IMG/VR virus record: IMGVR_UViG_3300032220_000751
DNA: 64,000 bases
Strand: one strand, 5' to 3'
From: a virus
Lineage: Duplodnaviria; Heunggongvirae; Uroviricota; Caudoviricetes
Shown: positions 46,603 to 55,752 of the stretch, piece after piece
How positions within the stretch are numbered: position 1 is the stretch's first letter
Layout: each line of letters begins with the position of its first letter
Notes under the pieces: model-generated
What the model saw: the letters and a program-made list of their open reading frames with translations, nothing else
Database searches by the model: none
Told to the model about the DNA's origin: nothing
Made by a program: the position numbers and the translations under genes

Positions 46603-47258
46603 GCGATCAACAACCCCAAGCACAAAACGAACAACAAGGTTACACCGACGAGCAAGTCGAGACCATGAACCTGCTGGAGCAATTCAAGATCCCAGCTGGT
46701 ACTTCCTCCGATGTACTGACCAAAGCCATCCCCCTGCTGGAAGTTGCAGCTGGTGCTGTGAAAGCCGCCATCGAGCACATGGAAGAACAACGTAACTTCA
46801 TGGGTGCTGACTGGAAGGCACTGCCGGTGGCTGAAGACACGCTGAACAAGTGGGTCCAAGAACACACTGCACGCATCGAGTTCATTGCACACCTCCAATA
46901 CATGCTCGAAGCCTGCAAGAAGTGGGAAGAACAACTCGATGAAGGTCACCTGGAACAAATGCGTCTGGTCGTTGACCTGGACAAGGCCATCAGCGAAATC
47001 GCCAGCCTGAATGCCGACATTGACAAACTCAATGCGAAGTTCCCGCAGATGTTTGTCAATGCAGAAGAATCTCCACTGATCCAGCGTCGTACCGAACTGG
47101 TTGGCGAGATCTCTGACAAGCTGCGTTTCCTGGTGCGGCCGTCTCTGCCTGCTTATTACCTGCACAATCAGAACGGCAATCAACCGCGTCACTTCGGTGA
47201 ACCGGTCTGGGGCGTGGAAGACATCGTTGCCAACTTCAAGGTTGCTGCACCTACCTAA
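46599..47258 (+). CDS. hypothetical acidic protein (~220 aa)
   Basis: GTG behind AAGGAA overlapping the upstream stop (GTGA); the ORF opens at TTG 46575; GC-rich codons. Confidence 0.5.
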   Translation: MSDQQPQAQNEQQGYTDEQVETMNLLEQFKIPAGTSSDVLTKAIPLLEVAAGAVKAAIEHMEEQRNFMGADWKALPVAEDTLNKWVQEHTARIEFIAHLQYMLEACKKWEEQLDEGHLEQMRLVVDLDKAISEIASLNADIDKLNAKFPQMFVNAEESPLIQRRTELVGEISDKLRFLVRPSLPAYYLHNQNGNQPRHFGEPVWGVEDIVANFKVAAPT

Positions 47259-47272
47259 ACCGTAAGGCATAA

Positions 47273-47296
47273 AGAGGAGGGGAATTCCCCTCCTCT
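47273..47296 (+). terminator. perfect 24-nt palindrome AGAGGAGGGGAATTCCCCTCCTCT (hairpin; terminator or protein-binding site)
   Basis: Read directly; contains GAATTC; no downstream U-tract. Confidence 0.45.
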
Positions 47297-47317
47297 ATGA
47301 CAACAAAGGAAATTACC

Positions 47318-47896
47318 ATGGCGTATGGTGACGAATTCGGTATTAGCAAAGAAGAGTTTCAAACACTCTTCCAAGTTGAAATCAACATCGCACTTGATAT
47401 GTTGATTGCCAAGTTTAAGCCGGTGATCAATCAGTTGCAAATTCAGCCTTATGAAATTGCATCCTTCGTTGGTCGAGCACTGGCCCACAAGATCAGTACT
47501 GACCTATTGATCAGTGACAACGATACCTTGCCACCTGATGGTCACATGCAGGCAGTGCGTTGCGGTATGAATGCAATGACGGCTTATCTACAAGGTGTGG
47601 ATGAAATCCACCATCCTGAAATGCGTGAAGATCTTTACCAGCGCATCCAGAAGGTGATTGATGCTAAGATCGATAAATCCTTGCCTGAAGGTATCGATGT
47701 TAATTATCAAATCAGTGTGGGTGTAGTTCGTCCAGAATCCATGCGGGCAGCAAATGCCTTATTGAGTGATCTTTCGGTTAAGGATGCAACTGGCAAAGAG
47801 ATGGGTCGTGATTACATGATCGCACTCATTGCAAATGCACTGGATCAATACCGTGAAACCGTCACTGGTTCGCAGTATCGTTTCCTGAAGGGATAA
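47318..47896 (+). CDS. hypothetical protein (192 aa)
   Basis: ATG 47318 behind AAAGGAAA (the ORF opens at 47297 inside the palindrome). Confidence 0.55.
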   Translation: MAYGDEFGISKEEFQTLFQVEINIALDMLIAKFKPVINQLQIQPYEIASFVGRALAHKISTDLLISDNDTLPPDGHMQAVRCGMNAMTAYLQGVDEIHHPEMREDLYQRIQKVIDAKIDKSLPEGIDVNYQISVGVVRPESMRAANALLSDLSVKDATGKEMGRDYMIALIANALDQYRETVTGSQYRFLKG

Positions 47897-47897
47897 C

Positions 47898-48284
47898 ATG
47901 AACAACAAACCTGAATTGACAGCAGAACAACATGAAGAACGCATGAACTTTATGCGTGAATTTCAGTTGAGCATGCTGCGCAGTATCAAAGAAGTCTACA
48001 ACAAGCATGAGGACCAAGCAGTAGCGCTGGATCTTCAGCTCGGTGAATTGGTCTGGCATAGTGGTTCATCGTTTGCTGGCGTTGTCTATAGCTTCTTTGC
48101 TAACCACAGCAATCTGCCAGCTGACTTCGAAATGCGTAAGTACATGCAGGCTTACGGTGAACAGTTCATGCGTGGTTATATGTCCAAAATGGACATCTTG
48201 ACCGATGAGGCTAAACTGAAAGAAGCCATCGCATCGGGTAACCTAACTGTCATTAACGGAGAAAACAAAGATGAGCAAGGTTGA
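47898..48284 (+). CDS. hypothetical protein (128 aa)
   Basis: RBS AAGGGA; ORF. Confidence 0.5.
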   Translation: MNNKPELTAEQHEERMNFMREFQLSMLRSIKEVYNKHEDQAVALDLQLGELVWHSGSSFAGVVYSFFANHSNLPADFEMRKYMQAYGEQFMRGYMSKMDILTDEAKLKEAIASGNLTVINGENKDEQG

Positions 48285-48483
48285 TAAACTGTTTCCTGAC
48301 TGTCCGACGATCTACGATGCAGAAAATCTGAAGGAATACGTCAATACCACTGGTGCGCGGGTAGATGGCAAGATTGTTCCTTGCCGTCCTCTTCCCTTCT
48401 GGGGTCTGATGCTGCGTCAGCGCTTCAAGGCGGCCTGGATGGTCTTCACTGGTAAGGCTGACGTGGTGACTTGGAAGTACTGA
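48271..48483 (+). CDS. hypothetical protein (70 aa)
   Basis: RBS GGAGAAAA; ORF. Confidence 0.45.
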   Translation: MSKVDKLFPDCPTIYDAENLKEYVNTTGARVDGKIVPCRPLPFWGLMLRQRFKAAWMVFTGKADVVTWKY

Positions 48484-48665
48484 TGAAGTCAATCAAGGAG
48501 AGGGTATTAGAGAGACCCTCTCCAGAGGAGCTACAAAGACGGCGTACTGCCGAAATGCTAGATTCTCTGGAAAGGTTAGATCTCATCTTCAGTACACCCA
48601 GAAAAGTGACTGATCCCATCAAGCCATCCATCTGTGAACGTATCTTAAGGAAACTAGGGATATGA
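48471..48665 (+). CDS. hypothetical protein (64 aa)
   Basis: ORF overlapping its neighbours. Confidence 0.4.
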   Translation: MEVLMKSIKERVLERPSPEELQRRRTAEMLDSLERLDLIFSTPRKVTDPIKPSICERILRKLGI

Positions 48666-49111
48666 AAGTATTGAAAGAAGGACAGCTGTCTATTGCACAG
48701 ACTAAGCAATACGACGCAGTTAAGAAAGCAGCACTTCAAGATAAGTTCCTGCAAGATGGACCTCTGGATTATCCAAATCGCAACATCATCGTTACTGACG
48801 ATGGCGATGTAGCTGGATATTACACTCCACATCGTTCGTCGTGGAAGGGTAAACCGGCTTGGCGTCCTGGTGCTCTTTTCATCGCTCCGGCATTCCGTGG
48901 GCAGAATCTGATGTTCCAAGCTCTTTCGGAATTCTATCAGAAACCTCCACGTAGAGGTGTTGCATGGATTGATGATCGCAATTCAGCATCAATAGCGTTG
49001 TTCACTAAGTTAGGTTTCCTTAAGGACAAACCTTACGAAGATGAAGGCTATCCTGGCCATTGGTGGATTCTCGATAAAGTGAGTCAACCCGGCTATACTC
49101 ACTGGAAGTAG
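48662..49111 (+). CDS. GNAT-family acetyltransferase-like protein
   Basis: ATGA overlap; LFIAPAFRGQNLMFQAL resembles GNAT motif A. Confidence 0.45.
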   Translation: MKVLKEGQLSIAQTKQYDAVKKAALQDKFLQDGPLDYPNRNIIVTDDGDVAGYYTPHRSSWKGKPAWRPGALFIAPAFRGQNLMFQALSEFYQKPPRRGVAWIDDRNSASIALFTKLGFLKDKPYEDEGYPGHWWILDKVSQPGYTHWK

Positions 49112-49119
49112 GAGAACCA

Positions 49120-49434
49120 ATGACAGATGTACATCTGAAAGACTGTCCTTTCTGTGGGGCAACACCACCGAAGGACTTGTCTGATACTCTGTATCCATCT
49201 GGTACCTGGTGGCGAATTAATGATGGTTATCGCCACTATGTCGCCCATCGAGACCGGGAGCCAGGAGACAACATGTGTTGGCAAGTAATCTGTAATGAAG
49301 TCTATGGCGGATGTGGTGCCGAGATATCAGCAGATAGCGAGCAAGAAGCAATTGATAAGTGGAACCATCGCGATACGTGGTTCAAGCGCACCTGGAGAAA
49401 GTTATGCCGTTTGCTCAAGCGCAGGAAAGTCTGA
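49120..49434 (+). CDS. Lar-family restriction-alleviation-like protein with C-terminal basic extension
   Basis: RBS TAGGAGAA; LKDCPFCGA...C.QV.CNEVYGGCGAE...EQEAIDKWNHR matches the Lar family pattern. Confidence 0.55.
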   Translation: MTDVHLKDCPFCGATPPKDLSDTLYPSGTWWRINDGYRHYVAHRDREPGDNMCWQVICNEVYGGCGAEISADSEQEAIDKWNHRDTWFKRTWRKLCRLLKRRKV

Positions 49435-49635
49435 CGTTATTCGTTCCTCGGAATTCGTATATTTCTCGACGAGGTCGATGGATCAAGGCACCAGGTCAAT
49501 CGCTTTGTACAGAAATTCAGTGGCACACTCACGTATTTGTACAAGCTCATGCGTCAGGTGCTGTCCCTACCATCATCCATCATGTTGTTAAGTCACTCTA
49601 TCCAAGAGATGTTTAAATCAGCTTAGGAACTAATA

Positions 49636-50007
49636 ATGTCCAATGAAGACAGAACAACACGTGCTATGAGTGACTTGGAAATAAGACTCCAGTTGAAGCT
49701 TTTACAGTTCATTGATGAGAACCAAGAATTCATTACAGCTAATAAGGTTGATTTCTCCAACCTGGCACGGGTGGCTGGGAGTGCTGTAGCCTCCACGTTT
49801 TATAGCCTGGCACGACAGCACCCAGTGGCTGGTCCGCGCGTTGTGGATAATCCAGTTGGTGCAATGGAAACCATTAAGAGTTACATTGTCGAATCTTTTG
49901 ACAAAAAGACAGATATTCTTGTTGACCCTGAAAAATTAAAAGCTTCTACTGTCTCGTACGAAGAAGCTGTAAAGGCTCAAGGAGTGCCAAGGCGTGACCA
50001 ATCCTGA
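49636..50007 (+). CDS. hypothetical protein (123 aa)
   Basis: RBS TAGGAA; follows a ~200-nt ORF-poor gap. Confidence 0.5.
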   Translation: MSNEDRTTRAMSDLEIRLQLKLLQFIDENQEFITANKVDFSNLARVAGSAVASTFYSLARQHPVAGPRVVDNPVGAMETIKSYIVESFDKKTDILVDPEKLKASTVSYEEAVKAQGVPRRDQS

Positions 50008-50383
50008 TAAGGTCGTTATTGTGGGAGGTGGCTACCTCTCGCAAAGCATTCTCTCAGCCATCAACAGCATACCAGGTTATTCTGGCAGAATGGCTCAGGA
50101 TGTTGACGTTTTGGGTCCTATCTATAAAGCAGCTGCGGATGCTCGTAGAGAAATGGATATCATTGGACCAGACATGATGATCGCTTCGGAAGAATATACT
50201 GCCTACCTTGATTATGTATTAAAGTACACTGTCGTGGTCGGTAGTTGTCCTAGTGGTCAAGTCTGGCGTGTTGACAAGCGTTACTTAAGGATACCCAAGG
50301 TTCAAGGTATTCGCCGTCGTAAGTCAGTTCTCTATCAACAGTTGAGTGCTGTCATTCGTAATCGTTTTTCGTTCCCGTATTAA
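49994..50383 (+). CDS. hypothetical protein (129 aa) with VVIVGGGYLS glycine-rich motif
   Basis: GTG behind AAGGAG; overlaps the upstream end. Confidence 0.45.
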   Translation: MTNPDKVVIVGGGYLSQSILSAINSIPGYSGRMAQDVDVLGPIYKAAADARREMDIIGPDMMIASEEYTAYLDYVLKYTVVVGSCPSGQVWRVDKRYLRIPKVQGIRRRKSVLYQQLSAVIRNRFSFPY

Positions 50384-50408
50384 CCCTCATGACTAAAGGA
50401 AAGTCGTA

Positions 50409-51188
50409 ATGTCTACCAAGAAGAAACCCCAACCGTTCCAATACCAACCGATCGCCTCGGTCAAGATGCAAGAGCAAGCCAAGGCCAAACAAGAGTTCAA
50501 GAATCTGATCGACAAGCACAATGAGCGCTTGAACTACGAAGCCAGCATGGGCATCCACATCAACGTGGTCAATACCGTGGGTGACCGTGTGGTCATGCCG
50601 GTTGATGAATTCCGCCGCAAGTATCTGGTCACGATCGATCCGCGTCCGGATGCTACCAACGTCTTCGTGGCCATGGATGCACTGACTGGTTCGGTCTATC
50701 GCCGTAACAATGGCAATCCGGAAGAACTGGTCGAGTACGTCGAGGTCAACATCAATGCCAAGGAACCCGTCTTTACCACCGATCTGGAAAAGACGCTGGC
50801 CAAGGCAGCTACTGACTTCGCCAATGGCGATGAGTCTGCACTGAATCGTCTGGAAGAGAACGCCGAACAACTGGTGAAAGAAGCCGTGGCTGAAGAAGCC
50901 AAACAACCTCGTGGTCGTGGCGTGATTCCTGGTCTGCAGCCGCTGGATGAATTCGGTAATCCGATTGGTCCGATGGTTCCTCTGGAATCTGCTGACAATG
51001 CCGATAAGTCCACTACCACTGAAGCGTTGGATACGATGCTCGATATGGCCGGTAAGATGGCGGATGCGCGCAATGAAGCCAACGCTGCATTCACAGGTGC
51101 ACAGGGTACCCATGATGTTGGCTTGGAAGGGACTCCATCGGTCAGTGATGCTCCTGCCGACGATGAGTCCTTTTCTCTGCCGGGTTAA
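50409..51188 (+). CDS. hypothetical acidic protein (259 aa), GC-rich codon usage
   Basis: RBS TAAAGGAAAG; ORF. Confidence 0.55.
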   Translation: MSTKKKPQPFQYQPIASVKMQEQAKAKQEFKNLIDKHNERLNYEASMGIHINVVNTVGDRVVMPVDEFRRKYLVTIDPRPDATNVFVAMDALTGSVYRRNNGNPEELVEYVEVNINAKEPVFTTDLEKTLAKAATDFANGDESALNRLEENAEQLVKEAVAEEAKQPRGRGVIPGLQPLDEFGNPIGPMVPLESADNADKSTTTEALDTMLDMAGKMADARNEANAAFTGAQGTHDVGLEGTPSVSDAPADDESFSLPG

Positions 51189-51217
51189 GTAACACAATCA
51201 AGATACAAGGAAACCAA

Positions 51218-51997
51218 ATGAAAGTAAGTGACATCCCATCAACAATTGGCTGGGAAGTAGTTGTCAATGGTGGACGTGATCTGGGAATGGATACAGAGAA
51301 ACGTAAACTCATTGGGAAGACTTGTATCTTGATCAAGCAGTGCAAGAGCGGTCTCATGCAGATCAGTTACAAGGGTAATCTCTACAGTGTACCCTTGACT
51401 GCGCTGGATGTCAAGTCAGACAATCCAGCATTAAACATCAGAAAACACAATCAAAGGAATAACATGACTCAAGACGTCATCACCAACGAAACAACCAAGG
51501 TTCGCCTGACCACCAACTTCGGTGAGATCCTGCTGGAACTCAACAATGCCGCTGCCCCGGAAACCGTCAAGAACTTCCTACAATACGTCAACGACAAGTT
51601 CTACGACGGTACCATCTTCCATCGCGTCATCGACGGCTTCATGATCCAAGGTGGTGGTTACACCTCCATCACGAGCGAAAAGCACGTGCCCAAGGAAACC
51701 CGTGAAGCCATTCCGAACGAAGCCAAGAACGGTCTGAAGAACGAGCCTTACACCATCGCCATGGCACGTACCGCAGCACCTCAATCGGCTACGGCTCAGT
51801 TCTTCATCAACGTGAAGAACAACAGCTTCCTGGACTATCCGGGTCAAGACGGTTGGGGTTACTGCGTCTTCGGTAAGGTGATCGACGGTGAGAAGACCAT
51901 CGATCGTATCAAGGCAGTCAAGACCGAACGCCGTGGCATGTTTGCTGACGTACCTGTGGATGAAGTTGTCATCCAGAAAGCCGAAGTGGTGGAATGA
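51218..51997 (+). CDS. cyclophilin-type peptidyl-prolyl cis-trans isomerase fused to an ~82-aa N-terminal domain
   Basis: C-terminal 178 aa: FGEILLELNNAAAPETVKNF..YVND.FYDGTIFHRVIDGFMIQGGG...YTIAMAR...SATAQFFIN...LD...GYCVFGKVIDG; an internal ATG at 51464 could be an alternative start. Confidence 0.75.
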   Translation: MKVSDIPSTIGWEVVVNGGRDLGMDTEKRKLIGKTCILIKQCKSGLMQISYKGNLYSVPLTALDVKSDNPALNIRKHNQRNNMTQDVITNETTKVRLTTNFGEILLELNNAAAPETVKNFLQYVNDKFYDGTIFHRVIDGFMIQGGGYTSITSEKHVPKETREAIPNEAKNGLKNEPYTIAMARTAAPQSATAQFFINVKNNSFLDYPGQDGWGYCVFGKVIDGEKTIDRIKAVKTERRGMFADVPVDEVVIQKAEVVE

Positions 51998-52305
51998 ACA
52001 AGATCATCCTGGCGGCGTTACTGCTGTTAGCTGGCTGTGGTCCCAAACCAGATACAGCCATGAAGGTGTCGTCTCCCACAATCGGTGACGAAGCAGTCGC
52101 TAAGAAAGACAAAGGCGATGGTCGCTTCAGAATCGAACGTGTGGGTGTGGTTTATGATGATCTCGCTTACGAGAGCAAGCGCGGCATCTACGTCATCATC
52201 GATACCAAGACCGGTAAGGAATACTTCGGTATGTCCGGTATTGGCATTACTGAGACGGGCAATCACAACTGTGGCAAGAACTGCAACAGAGACGACGAGC
52301 GGTAA
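51994..52305 (+). CDS. putative lipoprotein (103 aa)
   Basis: Signal peptide with lipobox LLAGC; ATGA overlap. Confidence 0.55.
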   Translation: MNKIILAALLLLAGCGPKPDTAMKVSSPTIGDEAVAKKDKGDGRFRIERVGVVYDDLAYESKRGIYVIIDTKTGKEYFGMSGIGITETGNHNCGKNCNRDDER

Positions 52306-52313
52306 CATTCATT

Positions 52314-52344
52314 TCCCACACTCCTTCGGGGGTGTGGGTTTTGA
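52314..52344 (+). terminator. rho-independent terminator
   Basis: CCCACACTCC-ttcg-GGGGTGTGGG then TTTTGAT. Confidence 0.8.
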
Positions 52345-52372
52345 TCTCCTCTTTCTTTTTAGAAATAATTAG

Positions 52373-52400
52373 ACACATATCACTAGCTTGAGTAACAAAT
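52373..52400 (+). promoter_or_regulatory. conserved promoter-like motif ACACATATCACTAGCTTGAGTAACAAATG (copy 3)
   Basis: 12 of 13 identity to the 14087 and 39454 copies; sits between a terminator and the next RBS. Confidence 0.5.
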
Positions 52401-52434
52401 GCTCTTTATGACTAAAACGAAAGAGGAGTAACAA

Positions 52435-52638
52435 ATGAAACAAGATCAAACTGGACCGATTAGTCCGCCCGATAAGAGTCTCATTGAGATTCAAGAAGAA
52501 TTCGTACAGTATCCCATCATCCCGCCACGTATATGCAATCTTCGTGAATCGGCTGAACGTATCCGACAGATGGGGACCTTCAGTCATATCACAGATTCTG
52601 TCGAATGGCAACGAGAGATGCGCTCGGACTGGGACTAA
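52435..52638 (+). CDS. hypothetical protein (67 aa)
   Basis: RBS AAGAGGAG; ORF. Confidence 0.5.
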   Translation: MKQDQTGPISPPDKSLIEIQEEFVQYPIIPPRICNLRESAERIRQMGTFSHITDSVEWQREMRSDWD

Positions 52639-52685
52639 ATCCTACGTCTCGTAGAGACGACTGATTAACTATTTAAATATCAAAC

Positions 52686-52973
52686 ATGACTACTGAAATC
52701 CAAACCATCGAAGTACAACATCGCAAAGTCGCTCAAGAACCGTTTGAGTGGATGGACAAACAAGGTGCGCGTTACAAGCTGACTGATGGTCACTTCACCG
52801 CCAAGCATGACGGTCGCGATATTCTGGTCGTGCGCTATGAAGCTGCCTCTGGTACGGAATACAAATACGTCTATCTGGATACCAACAAGGACGTTGAGTT
52901 CAAGCTGGGTAACTGGATCTCCATTCCGGAAAGTGCTGTGCTGGAGCGCGTACCTCTTCCCTGGAAGAAGTAA
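52686..52973 (+). CDS. hypothetical protein (95 aa)
   Basis: ORF; weak RBS. Confidence 0.45.
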   Translation: MTTEIQTIEVQHRKVAQEPFEWMDKQGARYKLTDGHFTAKHDGRDILVVRYEAASGTEYKYVYLDTNKDVEFKLGNWISIPESAVLERVPLPWKK

Positions 52974-52974
52974 C

Positions 52975-53166
52975 ATGGAGCCGCAGTTTTATCCGTTCGA
53001 AGAGTTCAGGAAATTTATTGACAATCTTCCCAAATCACTTCGTGAGAAGAGAATCAATCCCGTACCTGACTTCTATGTCAAGCCGGAATACATCACTGAA
53101 GTTAAAGGTGATTGTTTCCAGCTTGACCCCAAACACATCGTCTGGAATAAGGATAAGAAGAAATGA
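52975..53166 (+). CDS. hypothetical protein (63 aa)
   Basis: ATG directly after the upstream stop, inside the longer ORF-track frame 52786-53166. Confidence 0.4.
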   Translation: MEPQFYPFEEFRKFIDNLPKSLREKRINPVPDFYVKPEYITEVKGDCFQLDPKHIVWNKDKKK

Positions 53167-53531
53167 AATTCAACAATAGTGACACCATCAACATCGTCAA
53201 TGCAATCCAAGGACTGATGTCTTTGGATCGTAACTGCATCTGTTACAAGGACATTGAAGTTACTGTTGATTACATCCAGGACAGGGATGGTAAACAGATG
53301 GGGCGCTTTACCCGGACTACGGGTCTGGCTGCTGGTGAGAAGGTAAGTGTGACGGTCTCTCGCTATGATGCTCCAGATAACAAGATCTACGTCATGGCTC
53401 TGTATCACAATGGGGAAGACGGTAAGTATACCGATGAACAGTACGATTTCAGTGAACTGCAGGAAGCCGCACAATTCGTAGGGACGCACCTGACTACTAC
53501 GTGGTGGGTGCCTGACAAGAAAGGTGAATGA
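53163..53531 (+). CDS. hypothetical protein (122 aa)
   Basis: ATGA overlap; RBS AAGGATAAGAAG. Confidence 0.5.
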   Translation: MKFNNSDTINIVNAIQGLMSLDRNCICYKDIEVTVDYIQDRDGKQMGRFTRTTGLAAGEKVSVTVSRYDAPDNKIYVMALYHNGEDGKYTDEQYDFSELQEAAQFVGTHLTTTWWVPDKKGE

Positions 53532-53866
53532 TGGACACTTCAGATGTTCGGAAACGGATGATGAATCGGTCTGCTGAAAGACTCTTAGCAACACAAGAAG
53601 CCCTTAACCAGATCCAAGAGAGGAAGGACGCATTGCAAAGACGATTAATGCTCTTTCCACATGTCGTTGATCGTCAACAACCTCAACCGGGTGACCACAT
53701 CATCGATGTGAATGGCGTTGTTCATATCGCAATGCAGGCGCAGGGTCGCCGCATTCTGACGGGTTACGAAGGGGTACTTGCCAACACGCCTCAAACACCG
53801 ACCATCAATGAAAGCGACATTGAAACTTGTCCTGTAATCGGTAGCAAAGACCATTTGCGATTGTGA
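53528..53866 (+). CDS. hypothetical protein (112 aa)
   Basis: ATGATG overlap; RBS AAAGGTGA. Confidence 0.5.
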   Translation: MMDTSDVRKRMMNRSAERLLATQEALNQIQERKDALQRRLMLFPHVVDRQQPQPGDHIIDVNGVVHIAMQAQGRRILTGYEGVLANTPQTPTINESDIETCPVIGSKDHLRL

Positions 53867-53873
53867 GGCAAGC

Positions 53874-54068
53874 TTGAAAATCCGCAAACGTAAAAGACTG
53901 CTTGACTTGACTGCCATCCCCTTCATTCAAAACAAATACGATCTGCGTTTCTACGTAGACAGGAATTACTATCGCTTTGTCAAGAACTTGGGATGGCAAA
54001 AATCTAAGCGTGTGTTTGGCATCACTGCTCGCAATCTCGTGGCGGTGCCATTACTTAAGGTGGAGTGA
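53874..54068 (+). CDS. small basic protein with N-terminal KIRKRKR motif (64 aa)
   Basis: TTG start behind GTGAGG; no in-frame ATG; the N-terminus aligns with the two following genes. Confidence 0.45.
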   Translation: MKIRKRKRLLDLTAIPFIQNKYDLRFYVDRNYYRFVKNLGWQKSKRVFGITARNLVAVPLLKVE

Positions 54069-54376
54069 TGAATATCCGTAAACGTAAGCGCAAGGTCGAA
54101 GCTTCTACTTGGTTTAACAGGATCGTTCACTATCCTGATGTAGATGCACCCACTCAAACAGCGCAATGCACCCAGCACAACTTTGAATGGAAGGATAAAC
54201 ATTCGCAGCGTGCTGAGAACAAATACGAGCGTCAAAGCTTGCGTAATTTCCGTCGGCATGGGAAATGGTGGAAGTGGCGCCCCTATGGTACTCTTTCTCC
54301 AGTGACTTACTGGAAGAGAACCAAGAAACGCTTAGCTGAAGAAAAGAAGGCGCTGGCTCAAGCAACTTCAGTCTAA
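54068..54376 (+). CDS. basic Trp-rich protein with N-terminal NIRKRKRK motif (102 aa)
   Basis: ATG overlapping the upstream stop; pI clearly basic. Confidence 0.5.
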   Translation: MNIRKRKRKVEASTWFNRIVHYPDVDAPTQTAQCTQHNFEWKDKHSQRAENKYERQSLRNFRRHGKWWKWRPYGTLSPVTYWKRTKKRLAEEKKALAQATSV

Positions 54377-54387
54377 AGGACATTGAC

Positions 54388-54987
54388 ATGAAGCAAAGGA
54401 AACATAAACGCCGTCTGTATGGTCGTATTCAATCTGACGCTATTGACTACTACAAGAATTACGACTGGGAAGCTTTCAAGAAAGTTGTAATGGATCGTAG
54501 TAAACATACCAAGCTTAGCTGGATAATCTTGGATGCGGAGTTTGCCGATAGTCAGCCGGAACACAAGAAGTGGCAGAGTCTAGCCGCTGAGTCTCTTAAG
54601 ATTCATCGCAGGCAGATGTTCCGTAAACGCCGTCCTCGATTGAATATGGCATATGGCGGTCAATTCTCCATGACATCGATTCCCAATCCATTCCCTGATC
54701 CTCGTAGTCGTAGTAATCGTGATCTCGTGACGGTTGGTGAGATCACAGACTTCGATCCTAAGCCATTCATCGTCAAGGAACGTCATTTCATGCGGCGAGT
54801 AGCACCTGCTGCGTTAAAAGGAGAGCATAGCCATCCTGATGTGACTGAAGTCAAGATCGGCAATGGTGACAGGGAGTTCTATGCTGTTGATCCCGGCTCA
54901 GATAAATGCATAGGTATGCGTGGGTTTATCGATGAGAATGGTCATTTACACCAGACCTCGTTCAATCTAGTCAATCCTGGGAAATAA
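54388..54987 (+). CDS. basic protein with N-terminal KQRKHKRR motif (199 aa)
   Basis: RBS AAAGGA; ORF. Confidence 0.55.
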   Translation: MKQRKHKRRLYGRIQSDAIDYYKNYDWEAFKKVVMDRSKHTKLSWIILDAEFADSQPEHKKWQSLAAESLKIHRRQMFRKRRPRLNMAYGGQFSMTSIPNPFPDPRSRSNRDLVTVGEITDFDPKPFIVKERHFMRRVAPAALKGEHSHPDVTEVKIGNGDREFYAVDPGSDKCIGMRGFIDENGHLHQTSFNLVNPGK

Positions 54988-54990
54988 ATT

Positions 54991-55752
54991 ATGGATGACG
55001 ATAATGTCATGAAGCGTCTGACTAATGCATTACAGTCAGAAGAGATGCAAAAGAAGTTGAGGGAGATGCAATTGCGTTTTATGCCTACTTCCGAGATGAC
55101 TCCAGAAGATGTAGAGAAAGCATTAAGACGTCGATTCAATGAATTGATCGGTACTGAACAAGGTTCGAGAATCGAGCTTGTTGCGGTTCATCCGGACTCC
55201 ATTCGTGAGATGACGGTATCTATGGTTATGCCCCCTGAGGTTAAAGACTTGCTGTTTACCAAAATGGGCAATCTCCCTGCGGCCATTATGCCTCCGATCA
55301 AGATCCCTATGGTCAAACCTGAGAACTTCTCTCGTTCCGTCGAAGGGATTGAGCCTGATGAGATCTCTGGCTGGATCAGTAATGAGAACAACGGTGATGA
55401 TGACTATGTGGTCTTCGTTCGGCAGAAAGATTCCAAAGACTACTGGGATGATAAACCGCTAGCGGATCTCATGCGGGAGAAGTACTCAAATAAGTTAGTC
55501 ACTATCCATTACTGGACCTGTGACCGTGAGTTACCTCCTGAAGTCTTGAAGACAGCTGCCTTAGAACATATCTTCGGTATCACTGAAGCTGACTATCAAA
55601 CGCACTATTCGGATACGACCGGTTATCTCTGGTTGGATCAGGATATCAAGATTGGTGGTCACGATCTGTTAGAAGAACTACGTTCTCATGCAGGCAAGTA
55701 TCTTTACATGGAGATCTTTGTACATGAACACCCGCCAATTAAAGCGGTATAA
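54991..55752 (+). CDS. hypothetical protein (253 aa)
   Basis: RBS GGGAAATAA; ORF. Confidence 0.55.
   Translation: MDDDNVMKRLTNALQSEEMQKKLREMQLRFMPTSEMTPEDVEKALRRRFNELIGTEQGSRIELVAVHPDSIREMTVSMVMPPEVKDLLFTKMGNLPAAIMPPIKIPMVKPENFSRSVEGIEPDEISGWISNENNGDDDYVVFVRQKDSKDYWDDKPLADLMREKYSNKLVTIHYWTCDRELPPEVLKTAALEHIFGITEADYQTHYSDTTGYLWLDQDIKIGGHDLLEELRSHAGKYLYMEIFVHEHPPIKAV

Noticed and set aside
49436-49635. Possible small gene or CRISPR-like repeats in the 200-nt gap after the Lar-like gene
   Set aside because: Only low-complexity 37-60-aa frames without RBS; no direct repeats. I noted only weak hairpins.
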